The notes under the pieces were generated by a model, which saw only the letters and a list, made by a program, of their open reading frames with translations, was not told the DNA's origin and ran no database searches. DNA of 24,000 nt from Mycoplasma haemocanis str. Illinois (lineage in GTDB: Bacteria; Bacillota_I; Bacilli_A; Mycoplasmatales; Mycoplasmoidaceae). Where the stretch lies: positions 414,673-438,672 of the forward strand of contig CP003199.1 in NCBI GenBank assembly GCA_000238995.1, in the 5' to 3' direction. Made by a program: the position numbers and the translations under genes. This document shows, one piece after another, positions 9,911 through 20,128 of this stretch (positions are counted from its first letter, which is position 1; the number at the start of each line of letters is the position of its first letter).

Positions 9911-11992
9911 ATGTCAGAAGTTAGGAGGATTCGGACTGATTTGTCTAATCTTAACGAACAACAAAGATTAGCTGTTTTATCTCCCTTAAAACCAGTATTA
10001 GTAGTTGCTGGGGCAGGAACGGGAAAGACTACTGTTTTAACTAAGAGATTTGAATACTTAGTAAGAGATTGCAATATAGATCCTAGGAATATCTTGGTAA
10101 TAACCTTCACTAAGAAGGCAGCTACTGAGATGAAAAGAAGAATAGAAAAGTTATTTCCAGACTTCAACTTTAAAGATTCCTATATCTCTACCTTTCATAA
10201 ATTTGCAAAAACAATTTTGGAGAAGAGTGGTCAGGATTTCTCCATTTGCTTCCCAAAAAGAGCCCAATACTATATACGACACATAATTTCTGAAGAGTTA
10301 AAGCTTCCTATTAAGGCCTTTCACAGAACTGCAGAAATAGTAAGAAAGCTGAAGTGATCTAAGCAAGGTAAGAAGATTACTAAGGAGGATTTAATAGAGA
10401 TTGTAAGTGAGATGGCACGACTTTCAGAAGAAGAGATACTTAACAAATTCCCATTGGAATGAATACAGAGCATATTGGATTCATATGAGAATCTTTTGAA
10501 GAACAGGAATCAACTTGATTTCGATGATATCCTTTTGAAGGCTAATTCTCTACTGGAAAATGAGTTCATTAGAGTAGAGTGAGATTTGCAGTTTCAGGCC
10601 ATACTATTTGATGAGTTTCAAGATATAGATGAAGTTCAATTTGAAGTCTTAAAAAAGTTATCTAGGGATAGTCAAAATATCTTCTGTGTAGGAGATCCTG
10701 ATCAGTCTATTTATGGATTTAGGGGAGCAGTTAAGGAATCATTTGAAAAGTTTAAGAGTCACTTCCCAGATACAGAAGTATTCAAGCTGGAGTGAAATTA
10801 CAGATCAACCCCTCAGATATTAGAGGTTGCTAACACCTTAATTAATAAAGATAAGGGAGAGTTTTCTAAGAACTTAATAACTAATAATACTGCAGGTAGT
10901 AGAGTTAGGTATTTCTTAACTAACTCTCCCTCTAGAGAGGATGATCATGTAATAGATATCATCCTTAATCTCCAAAAAGAGAGCAATGTTCAACTTAGGA
11001 ATTGTGCAATATTATTTAGAAATAATGTTTTTGGAAACCAGATAACCAACAAGTTACTAGCTAAGAAGATACCCTTTATCTCTAAAGATCTTTATGAGTT
11101 CTGAAGAAGAGAGGAAATAAAGGACATGATTGCTTATTTAAGCATCGCCTTTGAGAAGGATTTAATTAAGGTTGATAAGGCAATACAGAGAATCATTAAT
11201 AAGCCCAATAGAGGTATTGGATTAAAAAGGCAAGAAGAGTTACGTAAGAGTGCCAAAGAGAACGGGATTTCTTTGAGGGAGACTATACAAAGGGCTTCGG
11301 ATACAAGCGTAGTTGAATTTTGGAATTTATTAAAGAAGATTAGGCTCTTTGCAAAGAATGAGGAGTTCAATGTGATTGAGCAAGTTCAAGGGATTCTTAA
11401 TTTTTCAGGATTTTGGGAGTATCTAAAGAGCAAAGATATAGAGAAGCATGATAGGGCTAAAGCCATATTAAATAATGTACTAGATGAGTCTAGGTGTGAT
11501 CTGGAGATGATTAAGAGAAATATAGAAGAGATGACTAGGTATGGAGTGGAGAAGGATCAACTTTACGTTGGAACGATTCACGGAGCTAAGGGATTGGAAT
11601 TTGATCATGTATTTGTCATGAAGGTAGATGAGGGAAAACTACCTTCTAGGCATTCTGTAAATCCTATTAAGGCAGAGGAAAAGGAGAGTAGGATGAAAGA
11701 GGAAAGGAGATTAGCTTATGTGGCTTTTACTAGGGCAAAAAAATGTTTATATTTAAGCTCTTCGGGCGGGAAAGACAATGTTTCTAGCTTTGCCCAAGAT
11801 GTGATGGATTTAGTAGATTACAAAGAAGAGATATTAGATTTGAATGAGCCTGAATCAATATCTCAAGCTACAGATTTAACTAAGGATGATAACAGTGAAA
11901 ACTGGACTCAACCAGACCTATTTTTTGAATTTGATAATTCCTTGGAAGAAGATGATCCTTTTGGTGATGTGGTGGAAGAAGAGGAAGATTAA
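9911..11992 (+). CDS. pcrA: ATP-dependent DNA helicase, UvrD/PcrA family (693 aa)
   Basis: Track fragments 9911, 10586 and 11126 share one frame and are interrupted only by TGA. Helicase motifs present: AGAGTGKT (Walker A), DEFQD, VGDPDQSIYGFRGA, GTIHGAKGLEFDHVFV and RRLAYVAFTRAK. The C-terminal tail is acidic. Confidence 0.9.
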
Positions 11993-12930
11993 TCTCTAAC
12001 TTTTTGGAACACTCAAAGTTTAGAGGATCTGGAGCTCCTATTTTCGGAGATTTCTTCAGCTTTAGGAACTATATATCCGTTGGATACAAATCTAAACTTG
12101 TTAACTATATTCTTAGAGTAGTCCCTGATTTCAATATGATCACAATACTTAGACTTTCAAACTTTTAAAACGTCCTCTTCTCCTGAGTGGAAGGTGATGA
12201 TACATGCTATACCACCAACTTCCAAAACTTCATGTAAGGAGTTCATTGCTGTTTCGAAAGACTTAATCTCGTCATTTACAGCTATCCTTATGGCTTGGAA
12301 AGTTCTACTTATCTCTTTACGCAGTTTTACTGGATCTAACTTCTTATGAGCTTCTTCAATTAAATCTCTGAATTCAAGCGTAGTCTCTATGCAGCTATAT
12401 TTCTTTCTGTGATCACTTATTAAATTAATTAATCTGTCGGAGTTGTGGATGTCTCCATACTTTCTAAAAATCTCTTTAAGCTGCATTCTAGTTCCATAGT
12501 TAAGAATATCTGCAGCAGTAGTCTTGGAAGTTTGATCCATTCTCATATCCAAATGCGCATCTTCCAAATAACTGAATCCTCTATTCGGATCTCTTAGTTG
12601 CATCATAGAGGTTCCTAAGTCAAAGATGATTCCCTTTGCTTTTGGTAAGTTATGCTCCTTTTGGTAATCAGATAGTCTTGCGAAGTTAAGACGTACCATG
12701 GAGAATCTATCATCCTCCTGTTCTAACTTCTTGCCAATTTCTACAGCTACTGCATCTATATCCAGACCTATCAATTTGGACTGGGAAGATATCTTGGATA
12801 GAAGCTGTCTACTATGTCCTCCGGCTCCAAAAGTGCAATCTAAGTAAAGACCGTCCTTAGGGCTTAGAAGGTAGGATACTACCTCATCAGACATCACTGG
12901 AAAGTGCCCATGCTCTACTCTTGGTGACAT
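11989..12930 (-). CDS. rsmH: 16S rRNA (cytosine1402-N4)-methyltransferase RsmH/MraW (313 aa)
   Basis: HFPVM...DCTFGAGGHS and DLGTSMMQL are present. The start is set at ATG 12930, which overlaps the mraZ stop as TAATG. The ORF continues past the TGA at 12157 to TAA at 11989-11991, and the tail NRSSRSSKLWVFQK is typical of RsmH. Confidence 0.9.
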
Positions 12931-13367
12931 TATTTTTTTTGCTCTGAAAGCTCTTGAGCTACGCTGTCCAATTCGTTTTCTGCCATTCCTTCCCATTCTT
13001 CGTATTTGCTTTGATTCCATAATTCGATTAAATTTCCAACCCCGATCATCACTAGGGGTCCTTTTCCTAGTTTATTTAGTAAATTGCCAGGAACTACAAA
13101 TCTGTGCCACTTATCAAGAACTATGTTGCTTGATCCACCCAGAATCTTTCTTTTTAAAACTCTAGATTTTCTGTCATTATCGTCATTTCCAAGAATTTCA
13201 TTGCAGTAGTCCTCAAAACCAGCTTCAGTTCTAATAGCTAATGAATCTTCAAAACTCTCAGAGATAACTATCTCCATTCCCAATTTCTCTTTTCAACGAC
13301 TAGGAATCACGATTCTGTTTTTGCTGTCCATGGATACTTCGTACTTTCCTATGAATTTGTTTGACAC
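12930..13367 (-). CDS. mraZ: Transcriptional regulator MraZ (145 aa)
   Basis: The ORF extends upstream of the track start through a TGA to GTG at 13367, which is the first codon after an in-frame TAA. The N-terminus SNKFIGKYEVSMDSKNRIVIPSRW and a second half-repeat LDKWHRFVVPGNL match the duplicated MraZ/SpoVT-AbrB motif. Confidence 0.85.
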
Positions 13368-13389
13368 TTACTGATAGCCCCAATACTAA

Positions 13390-13416
13390 CCACAAAGTTC
13401 CACTTTCTCCCACTTT
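13390..13416 (-). promoter_or_regulatory. Candidate MraZ operator: three direct GTGG-containing repeats with exact 10-nt phasing
   Basis: The minus strand reads AAAGTGG-gag-AAAGTGG-aac-TTTGTGG. On the plus strand this is CCACAAA at 13390, CCACTTT at 13400 and CCACTTT at 13410. The repeats lie 23-49 nt upstream of the mraZ GTG start. Confidence 0.5.
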
Positions 13417-13500
13417 TTTTAAAAAATTAGTAACTTTACGGGTTTATATACCACTTCTTCAAATAAGGTTGGATCAGCATAAAGACTAAACTTAATAGGT

Positions 13501-14787
13501 ATGAGTAATTTGGACGTTCCGGCTTATCTAGTTAGGAATGGTTTTGTTATTGCTGGTAATGAAATCTATGGAGGAAGAAGTGGGTACTATGACTATGGAC
13601 ACCTAGGAGTTCTTCTAAAGAAGAAAATACAGAGATTATGGGAAAGGTATTTCGTAGATAGGAAGCCTAATTCCTATTATCTAGATGCCACTATATTTAC
13701 ATCTGGAGATGTTTGAAAAGCCTCTGGGCATATGGAGAATTTCAATGATATTTTGGTGGATTGCAAAGATTGTAAGAAGCGGTATAGAGAGGATCATCTT
13801 CCGGATAGAGAAGGAATTAAGAAATGCCCCAATTGCGGGGCTTTCAATTGAACTGAAGCTAAGCCATTTAATTTGATATTTCGTACTCAAGAAGATCATT
13901 ATTTAAGGCCGGAAACTGCACAATCTATTTTCATAAATTTCAAAGGATTTCTGAGATCTACAAATGCTAAGATTCCATTTTGCATTTGTCAAGTTGGAAA
14001 GGCTTTTAGAAATGAAGTAACTATTTCTAATTTCATATTTCGAACTAAGGAGTTTGAACAGATGGAGTGTGAATGATTCATACATCCGAATGATGCTATG
14101 GATGTGTTCACAAAGTGTCAAAAAGAGATGGAGCTCTTTTTAGTTAATATCCTGGGAATAAAGAGGGAGAAGATTAAAGTGGTAGAAATTCCCAAAGAAG
14201 ATAGGGCTCACTATTCCTCCCGATCTTCTGATGTGGAATTTGAATTTCCGCACGGATGGGGAGAGTTGTGAGGTTTGGCATACAGGAGTGACTTTGATTT
14301 ATTATCTCATCAGCATGCTTCTGGGAAAGATCACCAATATTTAGATCCTTTTACCAATGAAAAATATGTTCCCCACGTGGTGGAACATTCCATTGGTTTA
14401 AATAGACTTCTTTATGCCGTTGTATCTAGTGCTTATGAAGTGGAGTATCTGGAGAATGGAGATAGCAGAGAGTTACTAAGAATATCTAAAGATTTAGCCC
14501 CCTATCTCTTCTCCATTCTCCCTTTAACTAAAAATGAAAAGGACTTATCTAAAGAGCTCTTTCTTGAGCTTATAGAGAATGGAATTTCTGCCTCCCTATT
14601 AGATAAAGGCTCAATAGGTAAACGGTATAGGAAGAATGACTTAATAGGAACTCCTTATTGTATCACCCTAGATCAAGAGACAACTAGAGATAATTTCAGT
14701 TTCACCATAAGGGATCGTGACTCTATGATTCAAAAACGTATTTCGTTAGAGGAATTCAGAAACAGTGGATATAAAGTCACCTTCTAG
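13501..14787 (+). CDS. glyQS: Glycine--tRNA ligase (alpha2 type, 428 aa)
   Basis: Track fragments 13501, 13873 and 14275 share one frame and join through TGA codons. [30 protein letters not shown] is the characteristic GlyRS class II motif region. Confidence 0.9.
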
Positions 14788-16600
14788 TTTTTCAATTCTG
14801 AAAGTTATTCAGAATTACATAAAAACTTCTCAACGTGGTGCCAATTATTGATCGGTTTGTCCTTTTCATCAAGACAAAAGCCCCTCTCTTTCTATTTCTC
14901 CAGAGAAGAATATATTTAAATGCTTTTCATGTGGAGTATCGGGAGATGCAGTGGCCTTTGTCATGAAGATTGAAAAATGTAACTATGTTCAGTCCATATA
15001 CAAGATATCGGAGATATTAGGACTTGATCCTAATCAGTATTTAACAGCTAAAGAGAGCAGTAATAATAAGCTCTTCAAGATAAATGAGGTGGTAGCTCTT
15101 GCCTATCACAAGTTTCTTTTCAATAAAGTGAATAAGCATCACTTGGAATATCTAACTAATGAGAGAGGACTTAGTAAGGAAATAATACAGAAGTATCAGT
15201 TGGGCTACGCTCCAGAAGAAGATATTTTGAAGGATGTATTTAGAAGCTATCTATCAGCGAATGAGAAAGAGTCATTTGGAGATGAGGAATACGAGAAGTT
15301 AGGGATTTTTAATTACGGAAGAGGGACGCCAGATCCCTTCTTTAAAGATCGAATTATATTTCCCATATTCAACAGACATGGACAAATTGTGGGCTTTTCT
15401 GGAAGGGCCATAAAAAATGTAGAACCCAAATACTTAAATACAAAATCAAACATCATTTTTAATAAGAAAAACTGCATATACAACATCCAGAACCTGCAAG
15501 AGGGCTCCCCTGTTTACTTATATGAAGGATTTTTTGATGTTTTAAGTTCTGAAAAAGTCGGAATCAAGAATGGAGTGGCTGTCATGGGAGCCAGCTTAGA
15601 TTCTTCCATTCTTGATGTTATTAAGAACTATTCCAAAAAGATAGTGTGTTGTTTTGATAATGACAATACAGGACGAAACTTCACTATCAAAGTATTTGAG
15701 AATTTAGTTTTAAATGGCTTCTCAATATATGTTTTGGATCTATTAGATACCAAAAGTAAAGATATAGATGAATATCTAAGGAAGTCCGAATCAGATTCTT
15801 GAAAAAGGCTTAAGGAGCCATCTCACTTCTTTGAGTGATATAGAAAGCTCTATATTCAAGAAAAAGATATCTCTAATCCCCTAGTCCTTCAACCCTTAAT
15901 AGAAGAGTCCTTAGGATTTCTATTTGTAAGTAATGCATCCAGTCCTATTATGAAGGGTGGAGTGGATAGGGAATATGCACTTGATTCCCTGAAGATCATT
16001 TTTGATTTTTATAAGTTATCTTCGGACTTCTCAAATGAGAAGCATTCATCCATTATTAATAAGAAGTATCAGTCATATAAACACGCAGTTACTGCTTCTC
16101 TAATAAGAACTCTTCCAACTAGACACATTCCTAAGCAGATTAGATCGATAGATAAGTTTCAGTCGCTATTAACTAAGTATTCCAAGATATTTAAGTACAT
16201 AGAGAATAATGGAGAGTCTTTGGGGGATGCAAATGAATGGTTCTTTGAGATTCCTGAGGAGTATGTGAGTGTTTCTAGGGAAGCTAAGCTGTTTTTCTCT
16301 CTTTTAAGTAAGAGATTGTTTGGCGGGGATTCATCTCAAGAGGAGATAGATAATTTAGCTAATTTAATCCAAGAAAAGGACAAGGATATTCCCTCTATAG
16401 AAGAATTTTTCAATTGCTATTTCTCCCTTAATGAGGGAATTATGGAAGAGATTCGTAATATGTGAAAGAAGAATGAATTACTAGATGTTACGGAGAGGTG
16501 AATTAAGACCGAAGCACTTAAGAAGTTAATTTTGGATAATAAACAGAAGTCTTCTGCTTTCTTTAGAAAATTCTGTCTTTCTAAAAAAAACAGAAATTAA
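14765..16600 (+). CDS. dnaG: DNA primase DnaG (about 611 aa; start uncertain)
   Basis: CHC2 zinc finger CPFHQDKSPSLSISPEKNIFKCFSCGVSGD. Toprim residues YEGFFDVLS...CFDNDNTGR. Fragments 14951 and 15950 share one frame, and the ORF continues past the TGA at 16463 to TAA at 16598-16600. The only canonical start upstream of the zinc finger is GTG 14765, which overlaps the glyQS end. ATT 14795 or CTG 14798 are alternatives. Confidence 0.8.
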
Positions 16601-16607
16601 GAGTTAT

Positions 16608-16934
16608 GTGCAGATTCTTGAAGAATACAAAAAACAATCTTTGAAGGGGGGTGCATGAAAGGGATCAAAGAAGACTCCCTCTAAGGCTTCTCGTTGAACT
16701 AAGGTTAATAATGGTTTCTATCACGCTGGATTAATATCGATAGCTTCTAGTACTTCTATAGCTAATCTAAGTTCTTCCGTAGTGGGGTTAGTTAATAAAG
16801 CTACGGGTAATTACTCCAGTTACGAGGAATACTCCAAATTTGCTTCTTCTCGTGATTCCATAAGACCTTCCTTTCGATTTGCCAATACTTATTGAAATAG
16901 CTCTATGAATTTCGGAATGCCTTGGTATTATTAG
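16608..16934 (+). CDS. Hypothetical small protein (108 aa under code 4)
   Basis: The frame is open from 16530 to TAG at 16932-16934, with three internal TGA codons. GTG 16608 is the first canonical start. Contains a Ser-rich hydrophobic stretch GLISIASSTSIANLSSSVVGLV. No homology recognised. Confidence 0.3.
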
Positions 16935-16935
16935 A

Positions 16936-17160
16936 ATGAAGAAGCTTAACTCTAGGGAGAAGCAACTTTATCGGGGAGGAACCTCTATTATTGGAGTAAT
17001 TAGTGGACTATCTGCTATCTCTTATTCTGTATCTTTAATTCTTCAATCTATAGAGGAATTAATTCCATATAAGAAATTCTCCAAAACCCCTGTTGTTCAA
17101 GAATCTAAACCCCACTTCATAAATCCAAATAACGGGCAAGAGAACATTATCTTTTCTTAG
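16936..17160 (+). CDS. Hypothetical small membrane protein (74 aa)
   Basis: The ATG lies 1 nt after the preceding stop. One predicted TM helix, TSIIGVISGLSAISYSVSLILQSI. No homology recognised. Confidence 0.4.
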   Translation: MKKLNSREKQLYRGGTSIIGVISGLSAISYSVSLILQSIEELIPYKKFSKTPVVQESKPHFINPNNGQENIIFS

Positions 17161-17668
17161 AATCCCTATCCTTTTCAACTTGTAAAGGAAGCATTCAAGA
17201 TAGTTCTTGTTCGTAATCTGTTTCCTTATTTATAACTACTTTATCTTTATATTTGGAATCTGGATCTGTATTAGGGAATAATTCGGCATCTAGAGATATT
17301 CATCTACTGATCTCCCCAGTCTTGCTGTTTCTGGTTTTAAAAACTATTAAATACCTCTTTCTGTTCTGGAGATCGTAATCCTTCTTTTTAATGGCATCTG
17401 CCCTATGACTTTTGTAGGAATTTACACATGGAAAAAATAAGTGCTTATTTAGTAACTTAGTCTCCTCTTCCAAAGCCTCAAAATAATCTTCTTGTGGATA
17501 TCTATCTGGGATTTCGGGCCTCTTGTATTTAACTCCTTGCTCTTTAGCCAAAGCTCTCGCCTTAAAGTTTGAAGTCTTCTCCATGAATTTATGAAGTTCA
17601 TGGGGTTTAGGCCTTTCAAAGGCACGAACTTTCTCTATTTCTAATCCGCTAATTCCATTAATTCTCAT
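17147..17668 (-). CDS. Hypothetical protein (at least 173 aa; start uncertain)
   Basis: Track ORF 17300-17668 continues through TGA codons to TAA at 17147-17149. The frame also stays open upstream to 17845, encoding a basic stretch KQKNEKRNRRSGLGRKGKK. A TTG at 17782 or GTG at 17836 could therefore be the real start. Confidence 0.45.
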
Positions 17669-17824
17669 CCATTCTTTAACTATGTGTCAAAGATGATCCT
17701 TCTTCCCCTTTCTTCCAAGACCACTCCTTCTATTCCTCTTCTCGTTTTTCTGTTTTTGTGTGTATCATAACAGTCATATCAATACAGATACAGGAAGAAA
17801 GGATGCTATAAATGACCCCGCGTC

Positions 17825-17852
17825 TTGTACAATCACGTTGTCTCGTTATAAT
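17825..17852 (+). promoter_or_regulatory. Candidate sigma-70-type promoter for rpsT (TTGTAC-16 nt-TATAAT)
   Basis: TTGTAC at 17825-17830 and TATAAT at 17847-17852. The rpsT ATG is only 8 nt downstream of the -10 element and there is no Shine-Dalgarno sequence, which implies a leaderless or near-leaderless mRNA. Confidence 0.3.
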
Positions 17853-17860
17853 TAAGAGTT

Positions 17861-18094
17861 ATGCCAAATATATTATCTAATGCTAAGTCTCTTAAGAAAG
17901 ACAAAGCTAGACGATTAGTTAGGATAGCCGCAAAGAAGAATCTTAAGAGAGTTATTGATAAGTCTCTTGAGTCAAAGGATATCTCCCTTGTGTACAAAAC
18001 TTTGGATAGTCAGCTAAGTAGAGGTATTATAAAGAAGAATAAGTGTAACAGGTTGAAGGCTCGTTACGCTTCTCGGATTAACGGTTTAAAGTAA
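17861..18094 (+). CDS. rpsT: 30S ribosomal protein S20
   Basis: 77-aa very basic protein, MPNILSNAKSLKKDKARRLVRIAAKKNLKRVI..., matching the S20 N-terminal pattern (ANIKSA.KR...). Confidence 0.8.
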   Translation: MPNILSNAKSLKKDKARRLVRIAAKKNLKRVIDKSLESKDISLVYKTLDSQLSRGIIKKNKCNRLKARYASRINGLK

Positions 18095-18095
18095 C

Positions 18096-18263
18096 ATGGT
18101 AATTAAGGTGGTTAATAATGATGTGGATGCTGCTTTAAAAGAGTGTAGACGTCAGTTTAGCGAAATCAGAAGAAGAAAGATTAGATACTCTTATTATCTG
18201 AGGCCTGCTTTAAGACTAAGGGAAAAAAGAAAGATTGCTGCTGTTAAACGTAAATTTTACTAA
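18096..18263 (+). CDS. rpsU: 30S ribosomal protein S21 (55 aa; below the ORF-track cutoff)
   Basis: Hand translation gives MVIKVVNNDVDAALKECRRQFSEIRRRKIRYSYYLRPALRLREKRKIAAVKRKFY*. This fits the S21 pattern (V.V..N...D.AL+.F+R......R+..+Y.+PS..R.+K..AA.KR). Confidence 0.8.
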   Translation: MVIKVVNNDVDAALKECRRQFSEIRRRKIRYSYYLRPALRLREKRKIAAVKRKFY

Positions 18264-18848
18264 TTGGTGTTAAAGGATCTTCTAAAGGGAGAGGTTAGAA
18301 CGTTTTTATTAGGAGAAGTTTGCAAGATCCAAAGGGGCAGAAGTTTTTCAAGCAAGGAATACAGAGACGAAGGAAGTCCTATTCTTAGAGTAAGAAATAT
18401 TCAAGATAATCAACTTTGTACTGATGGGCTTGTTTATTTTTCACTTGAAGATTGCAAGAAAGATTTAAGTAAGTTTATTGTTAAATTTGGGGATATAGGA
18501 GTTACTACTACCGGCAAAGGAATGTTTTTTTCAAATTCGGTTAATGATAGTTTCTATATGAATTCAGATATTTGTCGTATTGATCCGAATCTAGAGCTTT
18601 TAGATAAGGAATATCTCTTTCATTTTCTATTAACTTTAGATCTAGAGCCTTTGATTGGAGGAGGAGTTGTCCCTCATTTAGATATTGGTAAGTTAAAAAT
18701 TGTGAAGGTTCCTGTTCCTTCATTGTCTGCTCAAAGAGAGATAGCTTCTACATTGGGTAAATTTAGGGAGATCGAAAGGGAGATAAATTTGAGAGAAAAG
18801 CAGTACGAATACTACAGGAATTATTTAATTGGAGGGTCATCCAAATAA
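18264..18848 (+). CDS. hsdS: Type I R-M specificity subunit, half-size (one TRD plus one coiled-coil helix), copy S1, A-type helix
   Basis: 194 aa. The TTG start immediately follows the rpsU stop. The TRD is the most divergent in the array. The C-terminus is PVPSLSAQREIASTLGKFREIEREINLREKQYEYYRNYLI, the HsdS conserved-helix type. Confidence 0.75.
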   Translation: MVLKDLLKGEVRTFLLGEVCKIQRGRSFSSKEYRDEGSPILRVRNIQDNQLCTDGLVYFSLEDCKKDLSKFIVKFGDIGVTTTGKGMFFSNSVNDSFYMNSDICRIDPNLELLDKEYLFHFLLTLDLEPLIGGGVVPHLDIGKLKIVKVPVPSLSAQREIASTLGKFREIEREINLREKQYEYYRNYLIGGSSK

Positions 18849-18865
18849 TCCTTTTCTTAAAGTTA

Positions 18866-19494
18866 ATGGTGTCTTTTAAATCATTCCTTTCCGAAGATAA
18901 AAATGTGGAGTACCTTGAGTTGAGGAAGGTTTGTGAAATTCGTGCGGGAATTTGCTTTAACCCCAGTTTATATAGGGATAGTGGTTTTCCGGTTATTACT
19001 GTTAGGAATGTACAAGATGGACAGATAATTACAGATAATTACAGATAATTACAGATAATCTAAGATATTGTGATCCGATTAATCATCCTAAGGCTTTTGT
19101 TATCAAATATGGTGATGTTGTTATAACTAAGTCTGGTGCGTCTTCCGGAAAGATAGGAATTAATCTAACTGATCGCGAATTCTTTTTTGGAAGCGATATT
19201 TTTAAGTTTATCCCGGATGATCAGATTTTGGATAGAAGATATTTGTATCATTACTTACTAAGCCAGAAGGAGGAGATAAAAGGTCTAGTACGTGGATCGG
19301 TGGTTCTTGGTATTAGAAAGTCAGAATTGGAGAAGATAAGAATTCCGGTTCCATCTTTGGAAATTCAAGAAGGAATTGTAGAAACTCTAGATAAGTTCAG
19401 GGAGATAGAAAGGGAGATCAGCTTAAGGGATAAGCAATATGAATACTATAGAAATTACTTAATTATGGGGCCCAGCGGAGGCAGTAACTTTTAG
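18866..19494 (+). pseudogene. hsdS: Half-size hsdS, copy S2 (A-type helix), frame-shifted inside a 10-bp tandem repeat (apparent phase-OFF state)
   Basis: The N-terminal part (18866-19048) stops at a TAA created inside the repeat. The remainder (...LRYCDPINHPKAFVIKYGDVVITKSG...YEYYRNYLIM) continues in a different frame to 19494. Both parts are collinear with intact copies S4 and S6. Confidence 0.8.
19021..19060. repeat. Decanucleotide tandem repeat: ACAGATAATT x3 plus ACAGATAATC
   Basis: Read directly at 19021-30, 19031-40 and 19041-50 (identical) and 19051-60 (one mismatch). The unit length is not a multiple of 3. Confidence 0.95.
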
Positions 19495-19535
19495 ATTTAG
19501 GCTTTATAATTTGAGTTCTTAACTTAGAGATTTAG

Positions 19536-20123
19536 GTGGCGAGTATTTTTAAAGAGTACAAATTGGGAGAGGTTTGTAAGATCTGCAGAGGAGTTTCTTT
19601 TAAAGGCATTCATTACTTGGAGAGTGGAACTCCGGTTCTTAAAATTGGAAATATTCAAGATGGTAAAGTAATTAAAGAGAACTTATTTTATTGTGACGAG
19701 GGGAGTCACAAGATTGCGGATGAACAGTGAGTTAGATATGGTGATGTGGTCATAACTAACTTGGCCCCTGCGGGAAAGGTAGGTATCAATTTAACGGATA
19801 TTGAGTTTGTTCTTGGAGGTCATGCTTTTAAGTTGTTGCCTAATCCGGAGATTTTAGATAGAGGATATTTGTATTATTTCTTAGTGAATTTCCCTTCTCA
19901 AGTGGAGTCAATGATTACTCTTGGTAATGTTTCTGTTATTAGTGTGTCATCCATGGAGAGATTTAAAATCTTGATACCTGATTTGGAGACTCAAAGAGAT
20001 ATAGTTAGGAAGTTAGATATATTTAGGGAGCTAAGAGAGGAGCTGAAGATGCGCAAACGACAAGGGATCTATTACAGAAATAAGATTATGCATGACTTGC
20101 AAGAATGTGCGTTTACAGATTAG
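19536..20123 (+). CDS. hsdS: Half-size hsdS, copy S3, B-type helix (195 aa, one internal TGA = Trp)
   Basis: GTG start. Track ORFs 19536 and 19746 share one frame. The N-terminus is KEYKLGEVCKICRGVSF. The C-terminus is PDLETQRDIVRKLDIFRELREELKMRKRQGIYYRNKIM. Confidence 0.8.
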
Positions 20124-20128
20124 TAAAG

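Noticed and set aside
9907-11370. Minus-strand ORFs 9907-10167 and 11134-11370.
   Set aside because: They lie antisense inside the pcrA/uvrD helicase gene. They are shadow ORFs.
12933-12940. T8 (A8 on the coding strand) at the mraZ stop and rsmH start; a similar A8 lies at 16583-16590 in the dnaG tail.
   Set aside because: A/T homopolymers of this length are expected by composition in an AT-rich genome. There is no evidence of a frame problem.
12931-13020. N-terminal extension of rsmH (MESKQIRRMGRNGRKR...) from the track start at 13020.
   Set aside because: It overlaps the mraZ C-terminus in another frame. ATG 12930 gives the canonical MraZ-stop/RsmH-start TAATG junction and a normal RsmH length.
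13469-13497. TTGGAT-17 nt-TTAATA as a glyQS promoter.
   Set aside because: The -10 element would end 3 nt before the ATG, placing the transcription start inside the coding region. This is not credible without data.
13681-14121. ORFs 13681-13899(-), 13685-13876(+) and 13903-14121(-).
   Set aside because: They are out of frame with or antisense to glyQS, whose frame carries the conserved GlyRS motifs.
18541-18723. Minus-strand 60-aa ORF inside hsdS S1.
   Set aside because: It is an antisense shadow ORF within a conserved hsdS reading frame.
20105-20128. Track start at 20105 for hsdS S4 (MCVYRLVK...).
   Set aside because: It overlaps the S3 end. ATG 20129 gives MSVNSFLSKDK, matching the S2 and S6 N-termini.
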